Positions 50,301 through 61,830 of a stretch of DNA of 64,000 nt are shown here, piece by piece; position 1 is the first letter of the stretch; each line of letters begins with the position of its first letter. A program made the position numbers and the translations under genes. Under the pieces are notes generated by a model that saw only the letters and a list, made by a program, of their open reading frames with translations, was not told the DNA's origin and did no database searches. Source of the DNA: Styela clava (Eukaryota); contig NC_135251.1 of the NCBI RefSeq assembly GCF_964204865.1, positions 12,896,001 through 12,960,000 on the forward strand. The letters are read 5' to 3'.

Positions 50301-53300
50301 GTGTGCGATGTTGACCAACATATCGCAAGATTATGAGCTTTATTTACACACAGTTTTCTATTCCCTCTCATAGAACGAAAACCTAATAAAATTCAAAATT
50401 GAATTTAAACAAGATATTTATAAAAAAAAAATTGAATGTTGAATAGACATATTTTATGTTTGTTTACATTCAAAGAAGTTTTTGTACGAGTCATCATAAA
50501 TTTGTAGCGATAAGAAGTTGATTTGTAGTTCTAAAATTTTAAATTGCCATTGTTTTTTGACCGGTGTTGTAAAACATGCGATGGCTTAATGATGGAAGCG
50601 TTGGACTAAGTTGGAATCAGAGATGACAAATCTCGGACTCAAATTCCATTATCACCACTTCACTCAGGGGTAATAAATTGAGTAGACAATGTTTGAAAAC
50701 AGAAAAAAAGATTTTGGCACTTCTAAACTATAGCAGTGGATGTTAGTATGAAGTGTTGTTCAGGGTGAAATACACATAAACCGTAATAGTAGCAGTTAAA
50801 TAGAACTGTACATTTATTAAAATTATATTTCTATTGCACATAATCATATTTTCAAAAAAAATATTTGAGTTTCGTCATACAATCAGGAATTCACCTCAAA
50901 AAATAAAACTACCGGTAATTAATTTTAAAAATCTATGAATCATGACATTTAGATAAGGACATATCATATAACTATACTTTAATAAAACAAAACATTCAAT
51001 CAAACTAAATTCATCCGACTTATCAGCCACGATCAACAAAATAATTTTCTGTCACATGATACCGGCTCGCTGTCACTGTATTTTATAATTATGGGCAAAC
51101 AATAAACAAACCTGGTATATCATGATAAGATATCTTCATGTCCATTGATGATAATTTACTTGATAGTTGTTTTTGATTGGGAGTTGCAGGTCTTTGTACA
51201 AAACTTATAAAACATAACTTATTTGCCTCATCCAAACAAAGTAATAAAAATCGATCTGTGAGATAGGCTGCAATGAGAAACAGAAAATTATTATTTAAAT
51301 ATAGATAGTGATAAGAGAAACTTTTAAGATGATAATGAAAAGCCTGGAAAGAAATACATGAAACTTAGGAAGCGAAGAAATACTTTCTGTCAGCTATATC
51401 CTGCTAAAAGCCTAGCTATTTTCCAAATCTGATATATTGATAAGACAACAGAAAAATTTATTCCAATTAAGAGGAAACAATGTATACTATCTGAGCCCCA
51501 TCAAATCATTTTTGGCCTTTTACTCTAGCTATCACATCTCAAAAAATTAGAAATCTTTTCAGATTCAACTAGATCTGTAAATATTATATTATATATTATT
51601 CCTTATACAACTTGTTATACAATACATATTACAATACCTGCACCAATCGGTCCGAAGTCTGGTTGTATTTTTGTCAACAAAGATTTATCAAAAAATATTT
51701 TCTGTATATCGAAGTTCTCCGATAAAAGTATATTTATCAGCAAACCAGAATGAACAATTATCTGAAAACAATATGCTATTGGTTTATATTTTTTAGCTTA
51801 GCATACTAACATTAGTTGTCAACAAATCATTGCATTTTTCTTCCTACAGCTAGGAAATAAGTACAATTTTGCTACATATGAAAATTAAGATACCATTTTC
51901 TAAGTATATTTTAATAAATGACTATACCCTCTGAACAATCAATAGTAATAACAGAACATACAACATCTCAAAAATTATGACACAAATTTTTGTATCAATT
52001 GCATTTAATTATTCAACATAAGTAAACTCAAGCAAGCTAGATAACAGTAACAATGACAATGAATGGACAACCAAAACTCCTGGATAATGCTCATCAACAA
52101 TCAAGCAGCAACACTACATTACATCTCAAATAATACCTGATGCTTGATATAAAAATAAACTTCATATTGTCTCATTATTGTTATTACTTTTCCTAATTTC
52201 AGTTGGAAGTGATCTTAGCATATACATATCTTCTTTGATTGTCTGTTGAGAATGCTTAAAACTTTTAATCGGGCTCCCACTCCCGAGAGTTTGAAGGTAC
52301 AACAATATCTTCGAAATCAATAAAAACATGGTAAACAACACTAACAACCCTGAATGCTTCCGCCAAAAATCATGTTTCTTTCCAAATACTGAAATTTCTA
52401 TAAAATAAGATATAAAAGTGAACTGAAATCAAACCTGAAGACTGTTTCGTTTATCCCATTTCACATGAAGAATTTTATGAGATTTCAGTATTTCTTCCAA
52501 TTCTTTGATCGAATCTTTCAATCTTTCTGGTCTTTTATTTGGAAGAATCCACGTTCCTCCTCTGCTTTCAACATACTGCTGTTTAGTGTGATAATATTGT
52601 CCTTTAATTTTCTGACTCTTCTGTCTAGCTCCATCTTGCTTTTTCGATTCTTTGTCGTAATAACAGAATGCAGAAAGATTGTCTTCTATAAAAATAGAAG
52701 AAATATATCAATGAAGAAATTAATGAATTGTTATTCAGGAGTGGTTGTGATTATTATATAATATCTGAATATGGTGATTACTGGATTATAGTCAATACAA
52801 CTGTCTGACTGTAGTACAGTAGTAGTGCCATACTTGATACAGAATTTTTTTATACAGCTGTACAGGGTCTTTTTCGAACATAAACAGCACCAGTCTTGTT
52901 GTGGAAATGTAGAGACTTTGTAGAATAATATGCGTCTCGTGTAGTTTCGTACCTAATGTACTTCTAGTGGGCGTAGCATAACAATTTTTTGATATGTCAA
53001 TCATAACCCCCATCTGACTACGCCATCTGAAAATTACATCACTACGACATCACAATCACGTCATAGAGCTTGCCAAATACTCGTACAATCGCCCAAAATG
53101 GCATTGGCGGCGATGATAAAGAACTGACTGACATTATCGATCTCTCTTCTATTGGAATCGTTGCGACGAGAAAACGAGAGAAATAACTGTTCGATTTCGG
53201 GTACTTCTTTGCGCATCTTGGATGGCAGTTCGTATAGTTTGAAGGGCTCTATTACGTCACTGTGAGTCTGTGACGTTGTGTTAATGTAATTTTTGGATGG

Positions 53301-53744
53301 TGTAGTCAGTTGGGGGTTAGAATTGATACAGGAGAAAATTGTCATAATACGCCCACTAGACGTATGTTAGGCACGAAACTACATGAGACCCGAATAATAT
53401 AAAGCAGGAAAGGGCTGAGAATGCAACTACTTTGTCAGTTTGTTGCTGTTGACAGATTGCCAGGTAAAAAATTTTTGTTGAATTAAAAAGTATGTCATAC
53501 CCTAACTCTGATCCTAAATCAGCTAAGTTTATTTCGCCTCCATAATCAGCATGAATGACGATTTAATAATTCTGTAATTGATAATAATAAATAAATAAGC
53601 ACTGATTGTGAATTGGACTAGATTAATGCCAACTTCTTTTCAAAGGATACCATGCGGTACATACATACCTGGGATTTGGCACTGTCTATCATTGAAGGTC
53701 CAATACTGTATGCCGCAAGTAATCGTACAGACTGAAGACGACAT
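41360..53744 (-). CDS. WDPCP: WD repeat-containing planar cell polarity effector Fritz; 14 exons: 53744-53669, 52685-52435, 51761-51638, 51267-51112, 50382-50223, 50093-50018, 47757-47612, 46882-46636, 46096-45860, 45287-45164, 44442-44352, 43236-43043, 42631-42404, 41469-41360 (739 aa)
   Basis: ESRGGTWILPNKRPERLKDSIKELEE, YECTQSKLQRLEVTQIP, EDKIVVGCTDG, WHPNG..ELQCYDCAL, FDGGPL, YARRFYHHLLRFKRFDKAFLLAKDIQDYDLFVDL, C-terminal SLRILDYGYV*; phases consistent (2220 nt). Confidence 0.93.
41564..41785 (-). mobile_element. MITE family C, full length
   Basis: GGTACTCCTGTAGTG... / ...CATACTTCTGGAGCAAC; flanks TAATTTTT / TAATTTTG (8-bp TSD, 1 mismatch). Confidence 0.85.
42732..42900 (+). mobile_element. 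Possible short Helitron remnant
   Basis: A|TCTATAATAAAAATAC start and CTAG|T end; the 3' sequence CTAATGGTATCTAGT recurs at ~63756-63771; no clear 3' hairpin. Confidence 0.35.
44488..44712 (-). mobile_element. MITE family C, full length
   Basis: Reverse complement of the family C consensus, TIR to TIR. Confidence 0.85.
47129..47311 (+). mobile_element. MITE family C, small internal deletion
   Basis: GGCGCTTCAGAAGTATGTGTACC...ATAGGAGTACC; flanks GAAATTTC / GAAATTTT. Confidence 0.85.
47826..49640 (+). mobile_element. tRNA-derived SINE (older subfamily) split in two (47826-47911, 49383-49640) by a hAT insertion
   Basis: The head ..GCTAAGCGTTAGGAAT..CAGGTTCGAAT resumes after the insert with GTTCGAAT..CTCCTCGCCGCCGTAGGG..TAAATCCTAT. 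Confidence 0.85.
47912..49382. mobile_element. Non-autonomous hAT element (1471 bp)
   Basis: 22-bp TIRs TAGGGATGGGCAAT[A/G]TAGAATA (1 mismatch); perfect 8-bp TSD GTTCGAAT (47904-47911, 49383-49390); GGATTCG subterminal repeats; no long ORF. Confidence 0.92.
49843..50010 (-). mobile_element. MITE family C, partial, abutting WDPCP exon-6 donor
   Basis: GGTACTCTCGTAGTATGTGTACCAGGTTAGGGTTAGG...ACTTGATGTAAA. Confidence 0.8.
52924..53400. mobile_element. Foldback-type MITE with ~145-bp imperfect TIRs in WDPCP intron 1
   Basis: Left arm GTCTCGTGTAGTTTCGTACCTAA..CTAGTGGGCGTA..CTGACTACGCCATC..ACGTCATAGAGC pairs with right arm GCTCTATTACGT..GATGGTGTAGTCAG..TACGCCCACTAG..TTAGGCACGAAACTACATGAGAC. Confidence 0.85.
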
Positions 53745-54065
53745 TCCTCCCGACTGCAAGCAGATCTAATGTGAGTAACTTGTCGCAACTCATTAATTCG
53801 GGAGGACCCACAATTTTATCCGTTAGTTTTTGACTCTCGCGCAACATCTTGCGGATGGTTAAATTCCATGTTCAAAATTATGGAGATTAGACAGAGCTGT
53901 TCAGCAATCATCCCGCACATGAAAAAACGATCGTAAAATTTCTCCGACTCCATAGCTCTACCCTTTAGTCTGGTGCCAATCACAAACCAAATTTATACTT
54001 ACATATTTGTGATTGACGGATACGATGACTAATGATGATGATTGACTAATAAGATGGCTCGGCGC

Positions 54066-54412
54066 GGCGCGGCGGTGTGGCTCAACGGGCTAAGCGCTAG
54101 GAATACGCTCGCCACCGCACCTCTAATTACTTTGCGTGGGTTCGCAGGTTCGAATCCCATGCAGGGATGATTATGTGCGAGAGGATTGCTGGACTCCTCG
54201 CCGTCGTTGGGTGGTTCACGTAACCGCTGGTCGGTTACGGCTTCCTCTACCACCAAGTCCATGCTTCCGAAAACAAAACAATATAGAACTAATCCCATAC
54301 CCGACTTGGAATGGTGACTGGACGAGAGGCCGTGGTTCGCCATATGGTTAAGGCGTCTTATCGGCTTTCCTCTCTCCCCAGGATAAACATGTAAATCCTA
54401 TCCTATAAATCC
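54066..54412 (+). mobile_element. tRNA-derived SINE, full length (young subfamily)
   Basis: GGCGCGGCGGTGTGGCTCAACGGGCTAAG (A box) ... GGTTCGAATCCC (B box) ... (ATCCT)n tail; TAAGATG present on both sides. Confidence 0.92.
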
Positions 54413-54419
54413 TAAGATG

Positions 54420-54505
54420 CGCGTCGATGTGGCTCATCGTGCTAAGCGTTAGGAATACGCTCGCCACCGCACCTCTAATTACCCTACGTGGGTTTGCAGG
54501 TTCGT
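54420..54505 (+). mobile_element. SINE head fragment directly behind the previous copy
   Basis: GATGTGGCTCATCGTGCTAAGCGTTAGGAATACGCTCGCC...GCAGGTTCG. Confidence 0.85.
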
Positions 54506-55058
54506 ATCATCTGACCAGCGTCAAAATTTCCAATACAAACTGACATGTTGACAAAAGGTATTATGTACACGTCGCTTTGTTCTTAATTGATCTTTCTGTA
54601 ATCATTTGTGTCAGTACTTCATGCTCTACAGAAATAAAATATCTAAACATGATTTTGTATTTCTTAACCTAGATGAAGTTTTTTTTTCATTTTCCCCAAT
54701 CAATGTGTGTTCATTGTGCTGTTTTGCGTGTTTTTTCGTTTCGGAAAAATAAAAATAAACTTATACTGATACGATCGTCAAGGTTTGCGGTCGCTTCGTA
54801 CCCAAGACTGTCCAATAATAATACATACCGTGCACACTGTTATCTCCGGTCTTACATATCGCAAGTTCCCGCACCTCTGTTATATACTATCCATCTTCTG
54901 CGCCTTTCACGTCTTTAATTGCCAATAAGCACGTGGTTAACTTTGGAACACAATCTGACGCAATCGAACTTAGGTAGCTACAAAGCAACGCGAAGGTTAA
55001 AAGCGAGGCAAACTTAAATGAAGGGACTACCATATTATATACGAGGATAATATATGAC

Positions 55059-55242
55059 GGCGCGGCAGTGTGGCTCATCGTGCTAAGCGTTAGGAATACA
55101 CTCGCCACCGCACCTCTGATTACTCTGTGTGGGTTCGCACCCCGTTCGGGGATGGTCACGTGCCAGAGGATTGCTTGACTCCTCGCCGCCGTAGGGTGGT
55201 TCACGCAACCGCTGGTCGGTTACGGCTTCCTCCACCATCAAG
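55059..55242 (+). mobile_element. SINE 5' half (B box disrupted)
   Basis: GGCGCGGCAGTGTGGCTCATCGTGCTAAGCG...TTCCTCCACCATCAAG. Confidence 0.85.
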
Positions 55243-56536
55243 ATTTGTCGGTTGAATAATAGGTACAGGTACTCGGGATCATGTTGAAATGTACAGACCA
55301 TAGTTTTATAATGAATGGGTGGTATGACATGATTGATGAATTCATACTTAGCACAACAGGTGATAAAATGGTTTTTGTGAATACAGTATTTGGGTATCCC
55401 AACCACATACTTCATCCAGAATTTTGATATTTTTGCACCTTTTCAACAAACATGGTGCACAGCTCCAGTCTAATACATCATTTCAGTAGCACACTCGACA
55501 CAAAGTGCCAAGAATGAACCCTATATATCCTACATGAGCAGACATCTATTTGCATAAACAAATGATTCGGATTCTAGGACTGTAAGAAAATGTGCCGAGG
55601 TGAGTCTATCAAAATGGTCATAATAGTTCAAATGTGTTAGGAACAAACTAAGGACTACCAGCTTGTTCGCGCAAAATCTGAGCAGCGGACAGATAGAAAA
55701 TCATCTTGTAAATGAAATCATTTCGATGAAAAAGAATAATTACGACATGATCATTAATCTAGGTTCAAGTGTTTCAATATATGAAATCTCACTAGACGAA
55801 ATTTTTTTTTGATATTAACTACGATTCTTCAATAAGATTTGCACACTGGTAAAAACTATGGTGTATAATATTTCATTCAACAATAATAATAGGAACTGTA
55901 ATATTAGTTGCCAAAACTGTTTTTCAGTCACAAAGAAACAGACAAAAAATATCTGATAGGTTGAATTTCATTTACTGTGTACTTCAAATCAGAAAATTAG
56001 TCGTACAGCAGTAGAATTATCATAAAAAGAAATGGAATATTTATTGAACATTAGATTTGAGTAATCAAAGAAAATTGATGCCAGAATTACAACGAATTAT
56101 GTTTTTATAAAAGATTGTAACATCATAGTTAGCTCCAATAAACATTGGATCAGCATATGCTTATATAATAACCATGATGAACATATTATCTTGATTGCCT
56201 GAAGCCTTCAAATGGATAATTTACAAGGATTACTGGAATGGATGGTTACAGTACAACTCGAGTAACCACTCCATGGACCATGCAAATATCTATTCGTTGA
56301 TCTGGTTACCTATCCCCATACATCACCTCAGACACAACCAAACCAGAGGCAGTGGTTCACCTTATAATTATGCATGTTCATCAGCTTTAATCCCCCTTCC
56401 CCTAGTAAAACAATCCTTTCCAATGTAGAAATAGAATATCTGAATAAAATAGTTCACAAACGGGATAGAAATTAGTAATACAGAATGCATCTGGAACTCA
56501 TGCCACTGATCGACTTCATGTTTTTCATAAAATAAC

Positions 56537-59500
56537 CTAAGCATCGTAATCATCATCATCACTTTTTGCTCTAGAATTAGGCTTTGCTTGATGCAAGCTA
56601 GGATGAGCTGCTAAGTGTGAATTTATGCCTAAATGGTGGCTCGGTGGCGTCAGGATGGATTGCGTATATCCTAAGTAATGTCTCTGCGTTGTGGTTGGAT
56701 TATACGGAACATATGGGTAAGTATAAGGATTAGGTGCACGTTGAAAATCTGGGGGCCCAGATGAAAGTTCTTGTTTTATTAGCGCTGCCGCACCGTGCTG
56801 TGTTTTTTCCAGGCTCAGCTGGTTATTTAGAGGTGGACGAGTATCAGGATACAAAAGAGGTTGTCTTAGGCCAGCAGAAGGTTCTGGCAATCTGTGTTGC
56901 GTAAGTGGGGAGTATGCATATTTGACTTGGGGCGTCAAAGACGGTCCCTTCGAAACAGTGGTCGTAGCCGGTAATTGTGGTAGAGGCATAGGTGCGGAAC
57001 TGTAAAGAAAAGATAACATGCCACCCGGTTTTGGAATCACTGGAGGAACATTGTCTTGAGAAGGCTTGTTAGAATCGCCAAAATCGTCTATGTTTTGTTT
57101 GTTTCTGCCTGTGCTTGTATTTGACTCACTTTCCTCTAAACTTTTTACTTCATTAGAACTCGCTTGTATTGGCTTCTGATTTGCACATTGCGTATCTCGA
57201 ATATTAGCACTGCCTACAGCTGCAGTAGACTGTGAATATACTGCTGTGTTTGCGACGATAACCCCTTGTCTGACAGAAGAATCGTGTTGTTTTTCATGCC
57301 TATTGTTTTCTTGTGGTAATGATGTATCCATTGATTGTGCTGGTTTGTCTGCTGTTTCGTTATTTTCAAGATCAGTGAATTTTTTATTGTCACTCGGTTC
57401 TTTATTTGTATCAGACGAGGCTTCAATTTTTACAGGTTGGTTGACATTCACCGTAGAAGGTAAAGCATCACTAGACAACAATACATCAAGTGGGATGTGA
57501 ATAGATGGTTTGCGTTCAGGTCCAGTTGTTACCTGATCAGCTTCAAATTGATTGTGTAGTGAAGAAGTGCTGAAATAATGAAAATAATTCAACATGGATA
57601 TAGAAATGATTAAATAATTCACAAAACTGTTGAGGTTTTAATAAATGTAATAGAGCAGGGTATCTTAATTAATGAGCCCTTGACTCCTCTTAGGGGCCAA
57701 AAAGCAGTTCTTTTGGGATGACGAGCGAGAACCTTCATCAGTCACCATTTGAAATAACTACATGATTAATATTAAATTGACTGTCATTTGTTTGTTTGAC
57801 TTATTTGCAATTCATTCAGGCTCTGTTGGCTTTTTAATAATTAGACATGTTGCATGAGTCTTTAAAGGGGGAGCTGTAACAATGAAAGTATAGGAAACCA
57901 CTGGCACCTAGCTAGAGCAGGGCTTCCCAAACTTTTAAGCTTGCGACCCTATCCAATATATTAAAAAGTTTTGCGACCCCCTGAAGGCTGCGGTGAAAGA
58001 TATTGGGTTCACTCTTCACCCACCATCTCACCCAGGTCGTATTACCGTATCACACAGATTTGTCAAGCATATTAAAGAATCTTTATATATGTCCCAAAAC
58101 AGGGGAGACAATCTAATTATATAAAGAACCATGGCACAATGCCGGATGCTATTCTGGTTAGCAAACTTAATTATTGATTTATGTGAGCCATACAGTGTTA
58201 ACGAGAATCCTAAAAATCCTCTTACACAAGACCATTACAGCTATCCTCTCGCACAGGTGCAATGGAAAGAGTGACGCTTAGCGCAATGCACAACTGCCAA
58301 GCCATAGCAAGTACCTACAATATGTCGTACTATTTTACTTAGAAGTAACACACAGAGCATCATTATTAACACACAGTTCATACCTTTGCATTTCTAATTT
58401 ACTTTGAATTGATGGACTGAGTAGACCAGGTGATGAAAATGAAGATGACAATTGTGCATCACTTTCTTCGTTTCCGGACTCGTTCTCACTCGCATCATTA
58501 CCGGAATCAGTCTTAAAGTCAAGTTAAGTTTGTTAAATGTCTCCTCTTCACACAGATGTACAATATTGATAGCAAATTAGTATACATAAATATGGTGTAT
58601 ATTAGGATTTAGTCATTATTATGGACACTACGGATAGTCAGATTAAAAGCGAATAAAAATGTCATGTCTCTAATAACAATAATATTTGATTTCAAGTTGA
58701 CATTTTTGCATATTATTCACTTAGTGAGAGATTCCAGAATACTTTTTCGCCTTTAATTTCGAATAAATGAAACTTGTCTGATTTTGAGGAATTTAAATTA
58801 ACAGTCTACTAAAGGAGTTAAGTGTGGAGTCTGAATTTTTATGGCCCGAAGTTGGAGTCACTATTTCCTTAACTTAGCTTTGTTGCTTATCTAGGTTGTT
58901 ATTCAAAAATATGAAGACAAAAAATATATAAACAATAGTACATGCCAAGAGGATAAAAATATTTGAGTAGTTTGCAGTTACAGTAAATGTATTTTAAAAC
59001 ACAAACCTCGTCTTCGCTATAATTATTTGAATGTCCTAGCTTTAGTCGTTTTTTTGGTGTTTTCTTAACTTTAGAAGAACTCCTAGAAAGGAAATTATTG
59101 TATTAGTAGTAATATGACATAATAAGTTATAAAAAAGCCATAAATCATTTAAGTCAGTTACTGTATGGAATCAAAATTGTACCTATTGAAAATACGAAAA
59201 TTTATTTGAATAGTTGTAGTTTTCAAGTTTATTTTCCTTTATATATTCCTGGTTACATGAACAACGTATGCATACCTTTTCCGAACCACTTTCTTCGCTG
59301 GTTCTCTTTCCATGGAAAGACCCATACTCCCGGAAGCTTCATCTTCATTTTGTACATCAGGTATATTGGCTACATGATCTTTCAAAAAATCGAACATTGT
59401 TTCTGACATGATGCATTGTTTTCTAAATGAGAATGAGATAAATTTGAACTATGATAGCAATACAGAAATCCTACAAAGTGGTTTTCTATTCAAAACACGA

Positions 59501-60743
59501 TAGAAATTAGGAAAAATGAGTTATAAATCGTCACTTACAAGTGAGACCTTGACATTGTTTTTGCTCGTTTTGATTTTGTGACTTCACCTGCCTTCGCCAG
59601 TAAGGAAGCTAGGAACATTTCCAAGCATTTAGCTGTATTGAATCATTAAGGAAGAACATAAAACATTAGAGGTATCCTAAATGCGGATAAAGAGATACGC
59701 AAGATGAATAATCGTATATGAAATGTTCTCACTACAATTAGTGTGTCACTATGAAAACTATTTATTACTAACTATTAATGCATTATGGGAAATGAGATTG
59801 AAACCACGGATTTTAGTCAGATGCATCCTTTTTGCAACAGGAGGGCTATACATAACTGACATAGAATAACCAAAGACATAGCAACTTCACCAACATAGCA
59901 TAGGATAGGATTTACATATTTATCCCGGGGGAGAGGAAAGCCGATAAGACGGCTTATCCATATGGCGAACCATGGCGAACCGACCAGCGGTTACGTGAAC
60001 CACCCAACGACGACGAGGAGTCCAGCAATCCTCTCGCACATAACCATCCCTGCATGGGATTCGAACCTGCGAACCCACGCAGAGTAATTAGAGGTGCGGT
60101 GGCGAGCGTATTCCTAACGCTTAGCCCGTTGAGCCACATCGCCGCGCCATAAAATGAAGTGATATCACGTCCAACCCTCTACTCATAAACAAGATAGAAA
60201 AATAAAATTTTCAAAAGATACATATAAGAACTGGTACTGCAGCTGCAACTTTCCCTATTTCTTCATCTGTTTGCATTATTTTTTTGATGCGAGCCTGGAA
60301 CATTAATAAAAAGTTAAGACTACCGGATTGGATGTATTAGAGTTAGACAGAGCCTCATACAACTCTGCAAAGCTGTATAGTAAATGCCATTTTAATTTGT
60401 TCCCTGTTCTTAATGTGAAAGTGTTGGGTTCTGGCAAACTTCATAGTTTTAGTCAGTAATTTAGCTCAAGATAAGTTTTTATCTTTGAGAAACTGCTGAC
60501 GAGACCATGCTTTTTACAAACAATAAAAAACAAGAAATTAAAATGCAAAGTAAAATATTTTTTAAATTGAAATATTAAGAATAAATAATGTGACTTTGAA
60601 GTGAATAATTAGAACTCTATAAGACATATCAAAGTATATTACCTAAAATCATAGTATTATTATTCCAGTTTATTTAAATAAATACAAAAGCAATATCTCA
60701 CCGGTGGGAATCTTGAATTATATTTCTTTTTTTTAGAAGGCAT
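56537..60743 (-). CDS. DRAP1: Dr1-associated corepressor (NC2-alpha); 7 exons: 60743-60702, 60294-60222, 59632-59539, 59422-59276, 59082-59007, 58511-58384, 57569-56537 (530 aa)
   Basis: [58 protein letters not shown] histone fold; acidic DDDDYDA* terminus like vertebrate DRAP1; phases consistent (1593 nt). Confidence 0.92.
57656..57985. mobile_element. Adjacent hAT/Charlie MITE remnants in DRAP1 intron
   Basis: CAGGGTATC..GGAAACCACTG followed by CAGGGCTTCCCAAACTTTT..GCGACCC (same start as 30860). Confidence 0.45.
59901..60148 (-). mobile_element. tRNA-derived SINE (young subfamily) with internal deletion, DRAP1 intron 2
   Basis: Reverse complement of the SINE from head to tail; ~90 nt are missing at a duplicated ATGGCGAACC junction (59962-59981). 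Confidence 0.9.
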
Positions 60744-61189
60744 TTTTATTAAATCTAATTTTTATTTAAATCTATTACAGAAAAATCTGCGAAAATGTGA
60801 AAGCAAATATATATATAAGAGTGAAACTTAATACGGTGCTATGCATCAGAAGCTAAATTCGAACTATGTACCATGATGCTACATTGAACAACTTGTTCTA
60901 AGCGAGCCCAAATTCAAAATAAACCAGTAGAAATAAAGAAAATATCTTCATTCCATTTGTTAGTAAAAGTTTTGAACAAGAATTCAATGCAGTATGTGCA
61001 CCAAAAGTTTAAAATCCCCTAACAATTAACATCAAAAAATCAAAGTTACAATTTTGTCCTAAACTTAAGTAATATACAGTAGCTAAATTCTCTGTTTGAA
61101 CATATTATTCTTCCATAGAAGGGATTATTTATATTATTGAACTATTTATTATTCATAAAAATATTCGGATGGGAAGAACTGTCAAAAAA

Positions 61190-61830
61190 ACTCCCAAGAT
61201 TATCAAACACCAGATGCCAATTTGAACAACTCCACAGGATACCTCACCCGGATTCAATATAGAACAATGAACTGATTTAATAATTAGCACACCATTCAAT
61301 CCCATTGTCATGATTAATTAAACACAGCGATTTAGGTTGAAATAGTAAATTACATTCAGATGCAGCTACTGGTAACAATACAGACAATGCTTTTTGTTAA
61401 GTACATAAGTAGCATGCTGGGCAATTTCCTTTCTTTAATAATACTTCTTAATATCTCCTTGCACCAAATCAAATATATTTTTTCCTTCCTTCATCCCAGG
61501 ATATCATTTTATTCTTTAATTTTAATTTTATTTCAGAATTTGGACAACCAATGACATGCAGACATGTAACAATGGTTATCACACTCCATTAAAATGTACC
61601 GGTACTCTTTTATTATAACACCCTCATCTTATGGCAAAAATGCAATCATGATAAGGTCTGTTGAAATGATTTTTAAGTTTTTTTTCAAATCCAAATCATC
61701 ATGCTTTATAGCACTGTGACACCAAAGTATTACACCAAAACTCTGAAACTTGTAGGATCCACATTTTTGCTGACCTATAAAATACCATACCGGTATACTA
61801 TCACCTTTGAGCGCATACCACCTGCATCAA
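61190..61830 (+). mobile_element. Diverged remnant of the same LINE-family 3' UTR as 20195-21440
   Basis: AACTCCACAGGATACCTCACCCGGATT..AACAATGAACTGATTTAATAATTAGCACACCATTC matches the reverse complement of 21217-21310; further weaker matches near 61600-61670. Confidence 0.6.

Noticed and set aside
54066-54170. Possible tRNA gene (A and B boxes, cloverleaf-like stems)
   Set aside because: No proper acceptor stem or U33 anticodon loop. It is always fused to the same 250-bp body and tail, so it is a SINE head.
56440-56536. Possible intron immediately after the DRAP1 stop codon
   Set aside because: The GTTATT donor is weak, and it cannot be supported without transcripts.
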